The notes below the pieces were generated by a model. It did no database searches. It saw only the letters and a list, made by a program, of their open reading frames with translations, and was not told where the DNA came from. DNA of 64,000 nucleotides from Solirubrobacteraceae bacterium (lineage in GTDB: Bacteria > Actinomycetota > Thermoleophilia > Solirubrobacterales > Solirubrobacteraceae). A program made the position numbers and the translations under genes. The DNA is taken from assembly GCA_036502145.1 (NCBI GenBank), contig DASXZB010000013.1, positions 46,869 to 110,868 on the forward strand, in the 5' to 3' direction. Positions 40,209-50,700 of the stretch are shown here, in pieces. How positions within the stretch are numbered: position 1 is the stretch's first letter; each line of letters starts with the position of its first letter.

Positions 40209-42092
40209 CTAGTCGGCGACGGGAACGTCGAGCAGCTCGTCGAAGGCCAGCCCGCTCGAGCCCTCGCCTCGCCCGGTCTGCCTGCGCACACGCAGCCACA
40301 GGTACACGCGGCCGTCGGTCCAGCGCGTTCGCTCGAAGCACTCGAGCACCCGGGTGCCCGCGCGCGGCACCTCCTCCTCGAACACGAAGTAGGGCTGTGC
40401 CGGCGTGTCGTCGAGGCCTTCTCGCAGCAGCCGCGTGCGCGGCTGCACCTTCTCCGGAGGGTTCGGGTCGCCCTCGAGGATCCGCGGCAGCGCGGCGCGC
40501 TGGAGCTGGATCTGGCGGTTGCTGCCGTCGACGTGCACCGGGATGAACGGGATCCAGTTCTCGGGCACCGTGCTCATCACGCGGTAGCGGATCGGGGCGT
40601 GGGCGGGTGGGGGCGGCGGTGGCGGACCGCCTAGCGCGGCGGCCAGCTGGGCCTCATAGAAGGCGAGCGTCTGGCGGGCCGCCTGGATCCCGGGCGTGGT
40701 GTCGCCGGTGGCCAGCGGGACGGTCTTCTCGATGCCCCAGACCATGTTCGCCACTTCGTCGCGGATCAGCAGCACGTCCTCGGTGGGGTCGCTCTCCTGC
40801 AGCTTGGCCACCGTCGGCAGCAGGACCAGGCTGGTGTCGGCGGGCGCGCCCGGATCGCCCTGGACGTTGATCGTGAACATCGACCAGCGCTGCCAGTCGC
40901 TGTCGGCGCCGCTTCCGGCCGCGGTGATCCACAGCCGCTCGCCGAACGTGTCGGTGACCGCTAGCCCGCCGATGGACGCGATCACGCCGGCGGACAGCGT
41001 TTGCGGGATCACGAACCAGTCGTTTGCGTACACCAGCGCGAACTCCAAGAACATCAGCTTGGCGAGGTCGGTGGTGGCGGCGTCGATGTCGCCGAAGTTA
41101 GTCCGGCGATCCTCGAATGACCACCAGCGGGTGTTGGGCATGCCGGCAAACGAAACCGGTACCGGGATCGTCGTCCGCGGCGTGTCCGGGGGCAGACCGG
41201 TGACCTCCGAGCCGCCCACCGGGGGCAGCGCTTCGGTTTCGGCGTCGCGGTCGAGGCTGTACCAGTCAAGCGTGCCCTGGTAGTACTCCTCGGCGACGTA
41301 TACGCGCTCGCCACCGCTCTGGTCCGGCGCCGAGGCCGCGAACTGGTACTCGAGCTTGGGCGGGACCCAGGCGTCGTCGCCGCTGACCGGCGGCAGCAGA
41401 AACTGACGCTCGATCCAGGCCAGGAAGCGGGCGGCGCAGTCGTCGATCGCGTCGATCGTCGACTGGTCGCCGGGGTCGATCCCGGCCACACCGTCGTAGG
41501 CGTGGTTGCCGGCGCCGGCGATGAGGTACTCGTACAGCGCACCTCCGTCCATCGCCAAGCCGGACAGCGCCGCGAACGTCTCCCACACCTCGGGCTGCGC
41601 GCAGAGGTCGGCGTCTGACTTCTGCGATGGGTCGGGCGCGGCGATCGGATAGGCCTTGACGAACGCCGGGCCGTAGCTGCCGACCGGCGCGATCAGCCTC
41701 AGCCAGTAGCGACCCATGGCGACGCGGATGTCGAGCGAGGCCACTCGTCCGCCGCTGCGCAGCGGCAGCGGACGGCGCTCGACCTTGCCCTCGAACGGCA
41801 CGTCGTACTCGAACGGCTGCGTGGCTTCGTCGTCGGGGCGGTACTTGGTCAGCCGCGTGGTGTCGATCAGCACCTTCGCGAACACCGGCGAGCCCGCGTC
41901 GCTGCCGCGGAACTCGCCCATCTGCCACTGCTTGGTCAGCATCCACAGCGCGTCGCGGACCTCGGCGCGCAGCGCCCGCTCGAAGCTGAGCGTCCGTGGG
42001 CGCCCCTCCAGCCGGTTGAAGACCGTCACCGACGGAAACGTGCGCTCGGCCAGGGCGGCGCGGATGTCGACGACCTGGATCGCGCTAGGCAA
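40209..42092 (-). CDS. Hypothetical protein, 627 aa; gene 5 of the giant-protein operon
   Basis: GAGGAGG SD before TTG; 8-nt overlap with the upstream gene; Trp-rich motifs DALWMLTKQWQMGEF, GMPNTRWWSFED, NDWFVIP, RDEVANMVWGIE, VPENWIPF, GRGEGSSGL. Confidence 0.85.
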   Translation of the reverse strand: MPSAIQVVDIRAALAERTFPSVTVFNRLEGRPRTLSFERALRAEVRDALWMLTKQWQMGEFRGSDAGSPVFAKVLIDTTRLTKYRPDDEATQPFEYDVPFEGKVERRPLPLRSGGRVASLDIRVAMGRYWLRLIAPVGSYGPAFVKAYPIAAPDPSQKSDADLCAQPEVWETFAALSGLAMDGGALYEYLIAGAGNHAYDGVAGIDPGDQSTIDAIDDCAARFLAWIERQFLLPPVSGDDAWVPPKLEYQFAASAPDQSGGERVYVAEEYYQGTLDWYSLDRDAETEALPPVGGSEVTGLPPDTPRTTIPVPVSFAGMPNTRWWSFEDRRTNFGDIDAATTDLAKLMFLEFALVYANDWFVIPQTLSAGVIASIGGLAVTDTFGERLWITAAGSGADSDWQRWSMFTINVQGDPGAPADTSLVLLPTVAKLQESDPTEDVLLIRDEVANMVWGIEKTVPLATGDTTPGIQAARQTLAFYEAQLAAALGGPPPPPPPAHAPIRYRVMSTVPENWIPFIPVHVDGSNRQIQLQRAALPRILEGDPNPPEKVQPRTRLLREGLDDTPAQPYFVFEEEVPRAGTRVLECFERTRWTDGRVYLWLRVRRQTGRGEGSSGLAFDELLDVPVAD

Positions 42093-45000
42093 GCCTTGCC
42101 TCCTCGATGTTTGCGATCACGTTGTTGGCCGCGGCCAGCGCGGTGGTGATCGAGATCCCGTACAGGGTGGCCGCGGTTACCGTCGCCGGGAGGAACCGCG
42201 TGTATCCGGTCTGGTCGACCTGGACGGGCTCCACGGCCCGCTTCTTGGCCAGATCGAGCGTCTCGTTCAGCGCGCCGACGAGGTCATCCCATTCCCAGCT
42301 GCCGGTAGCGGATGCCGGCGTCACCAGCAGGATGGCCTGGGGCGGCTCGTTGTCGGGACGGTCGAAGTTGAACGTGATCCCCGTGTCGCGGTCGGTGCCG
42401 GGGATCACCTCGGTCCAGTCGTCGAGCAGCAGCCCGCACTGGTTGGCGCTCTGATCGAACGGCGTCGAGTAGTGGGCGGTGTAGCAGAGCCGATTGCTGT
42501 CGAGCACGTAGTCAGGCGGGAACTGCATCGCCACCCACGACGCTTCAGCCTCATACGGGAACTGCGCCGGCACCAGCTCGGGCTCGGTGCCCCCGAAGGC
42601 CTCGCCGAGCGCCACCGCCGCCTCCCAGGCGTGGACCATCGGTCTCACCCGCGCCGCGCCGCACAGCCATTCCTCGACGGGGAAATCGACCGCCGCGGTG
42701 GTCTTCAGGTAGGTCAGCAGGTTGCCGGTGGATCCCGCGGTGACGGCGTTTGCCCACTCGCTGGCCTGCCCGGCCTCCAGCGTGAACTCCGGGACGACCA
42801 CGAACTGCTCTCCGAGCAGCGCCCGCGCTGCCGCCAGCAGAGCCTGGGCCTGGGCGGCGGCGGTGCCCGCGTTGTCGAAGACGGCCAGCTGCTGGGTGGC
42901 GCCATCGCGGCGGTCGCCGGCCTGCGCGGCTTGGCCGGCGAGGATTCGCTGGAGATCCTGGGCCAGCGTGACCGCGCCGTTCTGGGCGTCGCTGAGGTCG
43001 AACGGCTGCGAGTCGAAGTCGGTCACGGGCAGCAGTCCCTGGACCGCCGCCAGCGCGTCCGAGAACGTCGGCAGCACGGCGGTCAGCAGCGCCTGGAACT
43101 CGTCGCGCCGCGCCGCGAAGGTGGCGCGCTTGCCATCCAGGTCGCTGCGCAGCGTCACCGGATCTGCCGGGAGTGGATCGAGCCTGGCCGCCACCAGCAG
43201 CTCGGCCGTCTGCAGCGCCTTGAACCGGTCGACATCGGCGGTGGCGGGCGGAAGCGCGTCATAGGCCGCGAGCTGGGTGTCGAAGTCGGCGAGCCGCTGG
43301 TCCCAGCGCCCCGTCAGGTCGCGTACCTGGTCGAGCAGGCCAGCGACGGCCAGACGGCGCCAGTCGTAGGCGAAGCCCCATCCGGACTGTGGGAGCCCGA
43401 ACCGCGCCGCCCGCTCGAGCAGCGCGATGGCCTGGTCGAGGAACCCGTCGATCCCGCCGACGATCGCGTCGAGGTTGGTGTCGGTGTCGGCGAGCAGCGG
43501 TGCGAGCGCGTCCAGCAGCGTTCCGATGTCGCCGATCAGCGTCTGCAGATCGGCGAGCGGGTCGGCGATGCGAGCGCGATGGACCACCACCGCCGCGTTG
43601 CGCTCCGGCGTGGCGTCGCCGCCGAGGAGAGCGTCGGTGGGGCGCAGCGGCCGCGAGCCTCGTACCAGGGTGGTCAGGCTCCGCACGAGCGGAGCTGCTT
43701 GGAAGATGCTGAATTTGCCCACCGGAGCGGTCATGTAGGCGATCGTCAGCTGGGCGTCCGGACGCGGCGCGGCGCTGGCGTACACGAATTGCATCACCCG
43801 GTCGTCGAGCTCGCTCATCGCCTGACCGGACTCGGCCTTGACGAGGTCGAGCAGGTCGATCGGCCGCAATCCGAGGTCTCCGAGCGTGACCGGCTGCTCG
43901 CGCCCGGAGCGGCTGACCGGGTCGGTGTAGGAGACGGTGCAGGCGATCCGATCGAGATCCGGAAGCACCCCCCCAAGCCAGGCGTCGACGGCGGGCTCGG
44001 CGGTGGCCCGCGGCGTGGAATTGGCCGGGGCGGCGAGCCCCGGCTTGAGGTGGACCGCCATCCGGTGGGTGAGGCCGATGCCGGTGGGAGGAGTCTTGAC
44101 GACATCGGGATCGGGGGGGAAGTTGCCGCTCGAGTAGGCGTCGAGCGTCGAGGCGATCCGCTCGAAATTCCCCTGCACGGCCTGGTGGACTCCCTCGGCG
44201 AGGGCCAGGTCGGCGACTGCGTCATAGACGTCGAGCAACGCGCTCACCTGAGCGTTGATCGCGTTCGCTTCATCCGGCGATGCGGGCGGAAGGGTGCCGG
44301 CCGGAAGCCCGAACGGATACGTGGCGACGCCCGTCGCCTGAACCTGGTCGATCAGCTTCCGGCCATCGACCACGTTGCTGGCCTCGATCGCCTCGATCGG
44401 GACGTCGGGCAGCGTCTTGGTCGAGTCCAGCGAGTCCGCGACCAGCGGGAAGGCCTTGCGCAACGGGTAGATGAAGCTGTCGACCTCGACCGTCGGATAA
44501 TCGTCGTGGAGGCCGCGCTCGAACCGGTAGCCGAGCAGGGCGCCGAGGCTCTGCCCGTTGCGGATCCCCTCCAGCAGCGAGAGCGCGAGCCGGACGCGGT
44601 CAGAGGACAGATCGACGGCCATCGTCTGCGGGTTGGCGGCCGATGCGTTGGCCAGGTAGCCGCTGCGCAGCACGGCGGCGGTGCGGGCGTGGGGCAGCGA
44701 CGGGGCGTGAATGTAGCCGCCGTTGGCGGGGTCGCTGCGCAGCGGAGTGGGACCCCCGAAGCTTGCCTCGAGCTCGGCCGGCAGTTGCACTGGCGCCAGC
44801 TGCGCGGCGGCCGGTCGCAGGTCCTCGAGCCACGCGTAGGCACCGACGTACACCCCGTCGGCGACCGCCTCGCCGCCCCCGTAGCGCATCGACTGCAGTT
44901 GCAGGTTGACCAGCCCCAGCAGCCAGCTGTCGAAGCGATAGCAACAGGTGTCGACGTGCTCGGCGAACACGCGCTCCAGGGCGGCGGTCGGGGCGTCGGC

Positions 45001-47721
45001 GAGCACCCGCAGCGCCGCCAGCTGGTCGGCGAGCCCGGCCGCCTCCCGCAGCGACGAAAAGTTGGCGGTTATGTAGTCGCCGACCAGCAGGCCCGCGCTC
45101 GAGGTGATGCGCGGCTCAGTCTTGTAGAGCGCGGCGAAGCGGCTCTCGCTGGCGCTGGCGCTGGCGCCGGCGGCCTCGGCGACGTGCACGAACAACGGCT
45201 CGGGCTTGAACGACTCCAGCTCCGTGGCCGACAGAAAGCCGGCCGACTTGTGCAGCTGATAGCTCGTGTCGTAGTAGCCGAGCATCAGCGCGTGGCGCAG
45301 ATACAGGTACAGCAGGGCCTGCGGCGAGACGCCGCCCGTGAACCCCTGCTCGAGGCGCAGCGCATCGAGCGAGGACTGGGCGGCGGCGATCAGCCAGGTG
45401 ATGTAGTTCTCCCCGGAGTCGGTGTAGGCCCGGATCGGATCGGTCTCCGACAGCGGGCGGTCGTCGATCACGGTCGTTATCTGGCCGGCGTCTCGGAGGA
45501 AGAAGTGCTTGAGGATTTCAGGCGGCTGGACGCCGGCGTACCCCAGCCGCGCCAGCAGCTGCTCGCCGGCCGCCTCCAGGCCGAGCTGCTCGAGCGCCTG
45601 CAGGAAGTCGGGGCCCAGCCCCCACAGGTTGGTGATGTTGAACAGCTCGTCCAGGCTCTCGGCGTAGCGCGAGTGGTACTCGACCGAGCTGGGGTGCAGC
45701 CCGACTATGTCCAGCAGCGTCTGGTGGGGGTCATCGGCCTTGCCGACATACGCCGCCGAGGCGCTCATCGCGGTCCAGTCGGCGTCGATCGTGCGCAGGA
45801 CGCCCAGCAGCCGGGCCAGGAACGGCCGGCGCCCGTTGATCGACGCTGTCCCCCGTGGCCGTGGATCGAGCCAACGGATCCGTGAGAAAGCGGTGGTCGG
45901 CAGGATCCCGTAGGGCTGGCCGCCGATCTGGATTGCGGGGACCGAGCCGCGGCCGCTTACGAACTCGGTGAAGAACCAGCGCGTCGCGTCGACCGCGTCG
46001 TCGCCGAATACCGGCGAGAGGAGCTTGTCCATCCAGTAGCCGAGGGTCGCCGGCCACAGCGCGTGCTGCATCGCCCGGGCGTGGCGCTGATCGGAGCCTC
46101 CGGCAGCGTGGATCGCGCTCAGGGCCGCGGGATCGATTCCCACCAGCTCGGCCAGCCATTGACCGTCGCGCTTCTGCAGCGGGTCTGTCGTGGTCGTGAA
46201 CAGCGGCGAGTTCTGGCGATCGTCGAAGCTCTCGTCGGCGTCGTCGAGCCGGGTGTAGCCGACCGGCGGGCCGGTCGTGTTGTGAGTCGGCGTTCCCTGC
46301 GGGATCAGCGACAGTCCCGCCCGGCCGACCGCGTGGTGGTGCAGGAGATCCTCGAGCGCGGCCTTGCCGTCGGCGTCGCTGGCGCTGAGCTGCAGCCCCA
46401 GGACCAGCAGGCGATCGAATCCCTGGCGGGCCTGGGCCGGGGTCAGGTCGACAGCGATCCCCATGCCGGCGGCGACCGCCTGCTCGAAGTCGACCATCCA
46501 CTGCAGCTCGTCGGGGACGAACAGATCCTCGCCGTCGGGGTGGATGGTGTGGGTGGGATCGGTGGTCGCGTCGGCCGAGGGGTCGGGTCCCACGTACAGC
46601 GGGAGCTCGACGACGTTTCCGATCGCCTCGAGCGTCTGGGTGCCGCCCTCATAGCCGAGCAGGACGAAGCGATCGGGGAAGCACTCCACGTGGGGCGCGG
46701 TGGACCACGATTGCTGCGTGGCCGGTGGGTCCGCGCCGAATACCAGGAATGCGCTCTGCACCGTGACGCTGGAGCGCGAGGCAGGTGGGGTCGGGGTGTC
46801 GGCCAGGTTGTAGGGGGCGTATTCGGCGATCAGCTGGGCGGCCTGGGCCGCGCCGACGGCCGCCTCCAGCGCGGCCTGGGCGACCTGCTGGGCAGCGACA
46901 TCGTCAGCGGCTCGCCACACCGCCTCCCAGTAGGCGCCAATCGCTGTGGCCTGCGCAGCGTCCAGCGGCGTCTGCGTGACGATCACCAGGATCTCGTCGT
47001 CGGCTGATGCCTTGCTCGGCCGCTTGTTGACATTGACCGGGGAATAGTTGTCGACGATCCAGCCCGCTCGGCCGCTGCCGACCGCCGAGACCAGGGCTCC
47101 CCAGGCGGCGCGCTCGGCGTCCTCGAGCCCGCCGGCGCTCCAGATCTGGCGCCAGTACCGCTGGGCGGCCGTGAGCTCGGTCACCGACAGCGTCGGTTCG
47201 AAGGTGTCGATCGAGCAGTCGTCGGGGTAGATGCGAACCCACAGCTGCTCCCGGGGTGCGGCGGCTCGCGCGGGCTCGCCCTCGGGGACCCCGCGCGCCC
47301 CCTCCCCGGCGGCGGCGCCGGTGCCCCGCGTCCGGTCCGAGACGGTCACGAAGCGGGTCTCCAGCCGGACCGGGAACAGCGCCATCGGCGAGCGGTCCGG
47401 CAGGCTGGTCACGTTCTGGCGGGGATCGGTGAAGGCCGCGAAGCCATCGAGTGCAGCCGCCAGCGACTGCTGGGCCCGCAGCGCCTGCTCGCCGGCCGCG
47501 CTCGACTGCGCCGCGGCCTGCTTGGCCAGCTCGTCGAGCCGCTCGCGCTCGGCCCGCGCCGCCTCCGACTGCGGATCGAAGGCTCGCTCCAGTTGCTGGG
47601 CGGCCCGCGCGACGGTGGCCTGCTGCGCCGCGGCCTGCGCCACTGCCAGCGTGGCCGCCACCTGCTCGGACCGCGCCGTGGCCAGGTCACCCTGGGCAGT
47701 TGCGAAGTCGACCGCCGGCAA
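42085..47721 (-). CDS. Giant hypothetical protein, 1878 aa; gene 4 of the operon
   Basis: Uninterrupted ORF with protein-like composition; N-terminal Ala/Gln helical region; motifs LFPVRLETRF, WVRIYPDD, GGYIHAPS, LLGYRFERGLH, DDWTEVIP, PPQAILL. Confidence 0.88.
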   Translation of the reverse strand: MPAVDFATAQGDLATARSEQVAATLAVAQAAAQQATVARAAQQLERAFDPQSEAARAERERLDELAKQAAAQSSAAGEQALRAQQSLAAALDGFAAFTDPRQNVTSLPDRSPMALFPVRLETRFVTVSDRTRGTGAAAGEGARGVPEGEPARAAAPREQLWVRIYPDDCSIDTFEPTLSVTELTAAQRYWRQIWSAGGLEDAERAAWGALVSAVGSGRAGWIVDNYSPVNVNKRPSKASADDEILVIVTQTPLDAAQATAIGAYWEAVWRAADDVAAQQVAQAALEAAVGAAQAAQLIAEYAPYNLADTPTPPASRSSVTVQSAFLVFGADPPATQQSWSTAPHVECFPDRFVLLGYEGGTQTLEAIGNVVELPLYVGPDPSADATTDPTHTIHPDGEDLFVPDELQWMVDFEQAVAAGMGIAVDLTPAQARQGFDRLLVLGLQLSASDADGKAALEDLLHHHAVGRAGLSLIPQGTPTHNTTGPPVGYTRLDDADESFDDRQNSPLFTTTTDPLQKRDGQWLAELVGIDPAALSAIHAAGGSDQRHARAMQHALWPATLGYWMDKLLSPVFGDDAVDATRWFFTEFVSGRGSVPAIQIGGQPYGILPTTAFSRIRWLDPRPRGTASINGRRPFLARLLGVLRTIDADWTAMSASAAYVGKADDPHQTLLDIVGLHPSSVEYHSRYAESLDELFNITNLWGLGPDFLQALEQLGLEAAGEQLLARLGYAGVQPPEILKHFFLRDAGQITTVIDDRPLSETDPIRAYTDSGENYITWLIAAAQSSLDALRLEQGFTGGVSPQALLYLYLRHALMLGYYDTSYQLHKSAGFLSATELESFKPEPLFVHVAEAAGASASASESRFAALYKTEPRITSSAGLLVGDYITANFSSLREAAGLADQLAALRVLADAPTAALERVFAEHVDTCCYRFDSWLLGLVNLQLQSMRYGGGEAVADGVYVGAYAWLEDLRPAAAQLAPVQLPAELEASFGGPTPLRSDPANGGYIHAPSLPHARTAAVLRSGYLANASAANPQTMAVDLSSDRVRLALSLLEGIRNGQSLGALLGYRFERGLHDDYPTVEVDSFIYPLRKAFPLVADSLDSTKTLPDVPIEAIEASNVVDGRKLIDQVQATGVATYPFGLPAGTLPPASPDEANAINAQVSALLDVYDAVADLALAEGVHQAVQGNFERIASTLDAYSSGNFPPDPDVVKTPPTGIGLTHRMAVHLKPGLAAPANSTPRATAEPAVDAWLGGVLPDLDRIACTVSYTDPVSRSGREQPVTLGDLGLRPIDLLDLVKAESGQAMSELDDRVMQFVYASAAPRPDAQLTIAYMTAPVGKFSIFQAAPLVRSLTTLVRGSRPLRPTDALLGGDATPERNAAVVVHRARIADPLADLQTLIGDIGTLLDALAPLLADTDTNLDAIVGGIDGFLDQAIALLERAARFGLPQSGWGFAYDWRRLAVAGLLDQVRDLTGRWDQRLADFDTQLAAYDALPPATADVDRFKALQTAELLVAARLDPLPADPVTLRSDLDGKRATFAARRDEFQALLTAVLPTFSDALAAVQGLLPVTDFDSQPFDLSDAQNGAVTLAQDLQRILAGQAAQAGDRRDGATQQLAVFDNAGTAAAQAQALLAAARALLGEQFVVVPEFTLEAGQASEWANAVTAGSTGNLLTYLKTTAAVDFPVEEWLCGAARVRPMVHAWEAAVALGEAFGGTEPELVPAQFPYEAEASWVAMQFPPDYVLDSNRLCYTAHYSTPFDQSANQCGLLLDDWTEVIPGTDRDTGITFNFDRPDNEPPQAILLVTPASATGSWEWDDLVGALNETLDLAKKRAVEPVQVDQTGYTRFLPATVTAATLYGISITTALAAANNVIANIEEARLA

Positions 47722-47732
47722 TCCGGTCCCCC

Positions 47733-50700
47733 CTACGCCAGCATCTCGTCGGCGTGGACGGCGACCATGATCGGCGCCCGGAACAGGAGGTAGGCCCAGC
47801 GAGCCGAGCTGACCGCCGCCCCGTTCACTTGAACGTCGTCGGCGTGCTGAGCCTGGGCCTCGGGATCGGGCGTCGCCAGGGTCACCGTGGCCAGGCTGTT
47901 GGCGGCCAGGAACTGGCCCGGGGCGCCGCCCGGCAGCGCGTCGTCCCAGGTCAGATCGTCGAAGATCTCCAGCGCCGAGCGGTCGAGCTCGAGGCCGAAG
48001 CGCGGCTCCCCGGGCCGCTGCTTGATCACGAAGAACCAGCCCGGGTCATCGCCCGAATGCTGACCACTGTCCCCCTTGACCTGGGCGACGGTGAGGTCGA
48101 AGCCGAAGAAGTAGATATCCGGGTCGGCCTTCGCCTCGTATCGCGGGGTGCGAACGACGTTGGGGTCGTTGAGCTGCGGGTTGTCGTCGCCGACCAGCGT
48201 TCGAGGTTTGCTGAGGTCGATCTGCCCGTCGGTCATCGCCCAGGCCGCGCGCTGCGCGTAGATGACCGCGGTGGGGTACTTCTTCAACAGCTCGCCCCGG
48301 ATCACCAGCACCGCCTGCTCTCCGGTCTGGCCGCTGACGGCGCGGTTGTTGTGGGTGCCGAGATCGGACTGAAGCGACCAGCGGTGAAGCTCCGGGATGT
48401 CGTAGAGCTTCTCCTTGAGCGGATCGCCGCTGAGGCCCTCGGGGTCGATGTGGCTGCGTACGTCCCAGAACTGTCGGAAGTAGCTGCCGCGCTGGTCGGT
48501 GGGGTATTCGCGCCACAGGAGCTTGCGCGCGAACTCGTGGTTGAGCCCGACCATGTAGGACTCGATGAACTTCTGGTTGGTCTCGATCAGGGTGATGCTG
48601 TTCTCGGGGATCAGGTTGATGTTGGGGAGGAACAGCTCGATCGAGATTGCCTTCAGCGGCTCGTACATCGGCAGGTCGATCTTGGGGTACGCCATCACCT
48701 CGCCAAACGACTCGCCGAGCTGGGTGGTGATCCACGGCGGAATCGAGATCATCGACAGGCCGCGAGCCGGGATCGTCGTGGCCGGCTCGATCGCGTCGAC
48801 CACCGTGCCGGCCAGCGCCGACAGGTCCAGCGTTTGCGGGGTGAACTTCGGTGCCGCGGCCTGACTGGCGTCAAGCAGGGTGAACGAGTCGCGCAGCGCG
48901 TCCTTGAATCGCGCGGCGGTCGGGCTGTCGGTGGCGCCGGTGGTGGGTCGCAGGCCCGAGCCGGGCTGGGCGAGTACGAAGTCGGGGCTGTCGGGGAGCC
49001 GATCGACGGAGGCCGGCGTCTGGCCGGCCTCGCTGATCGTCTCCGAGGCCTGACCGGCCGCCTGCCACTGCTCGAGCAGCCGGTAGACATAGGCCACGGC
49101 GGCGCCGAACACGGCGACCAGCGCGAGGGCGAGCTTCAGCGGCAGCGTCAGCAGCGCCTCGAGCACGATCAGGACCGCGATCACCAGCAGGGCGTCCGGG
49201 GCCCAGCGGTACTTCTCCAGCAGCGACAGGATCCAGTTCGGAACCTCCTGGGGCGCGGCGGCGCCGGCGGCCTGGTCCACGGTGGCCACGCCCGGTGGCA
49301 CCACCTTCGGCGGCGCGGCGCTGACCTCGCCGGCATTGATCCGGGTGAGCAGGTTGTGTGGAGTGGCCGAGGCGTCGAACGGCAGCGAACGCATCAGGCG
49401 GGCGCCCCGCCTCACGGTCCGGCGCATCGCGCCCGAGGTGAGGACCGGCTGGACCCGGCTGCGCGACTGCTGGTGGGCGATCGTGGTCGGACTGGCCAGC
49501 ACCCGGCTGGCGACCGGCGCGGCCAGCGTAAGTGCCCGCTCGGGACTGACCGCGGCCAGCGGCACGAGGTGGGCAACGTGCCAGCGCGTGGACACCCCGA
49601 CTGCCAGATGGAGCCGCCGGATCAGCAGGTTGGCGGCGAGCACATCGCCGATCTGCTCCCAGGCGTAGTTCATGTACTGCTCGGCGTTGGTCTCGACGAC
49701 GTCGGCGCCGAATCCGGCCGGGACCCGGAAGCGGGGGTCGAGATTGAGCTTGTGAACCCAGTTGGTCCGATCCGGCGCCGGCGTGCCGTCGCGGTTGGTG
49801 AGCAGTCGCTGGGTCAGGGCGTGCCAGCGACCGTACAGCGGCGACGTGATCAGCGGATCGGGATCGTCGTCGACGCCGGCCCCCAGCCCGCTGGCGGCAT
49901 TCGCCGCCGCGGCCGCCTGGGCCGCGTAGTCGTCGGCGAGGTCGATGAACGAGGCGAGCGCGGTCTGGAACGGCTGCGGGTAGGGCTGGTCCCAGTTGTC
50001 GTACTCGGCGCGCTCGTTCTGCTCTGCCTGGGTCAGGTCCTGGATCGGGACCTGGAGCGCGCCGCCCAGTCGGAGGATGCCGTCCAACCCCGGGCCCGGG
50101 ATCACCGGGATGTTCGAGCCGGGGTCCTGGAGATCCATGTTCCGCATGCCCACGCGGTGGTCCACCGGCTGGGCCTTGAGCTGGCGTACCAGGTACTCGA
50201 AATCGCCCGTCGACCCGGTCCGGAAGAACCAGCTGAGATAGAAGGGGTGGTTGGTCGGCTCCGGCCTGCCGGAGTAAGCCGCCCAGGCGGAATGGGTGGC
50301 GTCCGGGGCGCCGGACGGATCGAGTCCCAGGCCGGCCAGGCGCCCGGTCTCGAAGGTCGGGATCACGAACGCCTGGTAGGCGGTGTTGTCCTGCAGGCGG
50401 CGCGGGCACAGCAGCCGGGCGTAGGCGGCGTCCGGATTGCCGGACAGGATCGACTCGACCCGTGGCAGCACGGCGGTCATGTCCGGGGAGACCAGTTCGG
50501 TCGCGCTGCCGGCGAGCGACTGGTTGAAGTGGACGTGTGCCCAGGCCCACAGCTCGTCGGCGGGCGGGAACGAGCCGGTGGCGGGGACGGTGATGTAGGG
50601 CAGCGGGCGATTGGCCCCGCTCTGGCCGGGGTCGAACTCGCTCTCCTGCAGCACGATCAGGGTTATCCACGGCCTTAGCTTCAGGCCGCTGGCGTCGGGT

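Noticed and set aside
41716-45885. 1389-aa plus-strand ORF (also 47451..50678 and 54694..56277)
   Set aside because: Antisense shadows of the real minus-strand genes. The translations are Arg/Gly/Val-rich and motif-free, as expected from stop-poor reverse frames in high-GC DNA.
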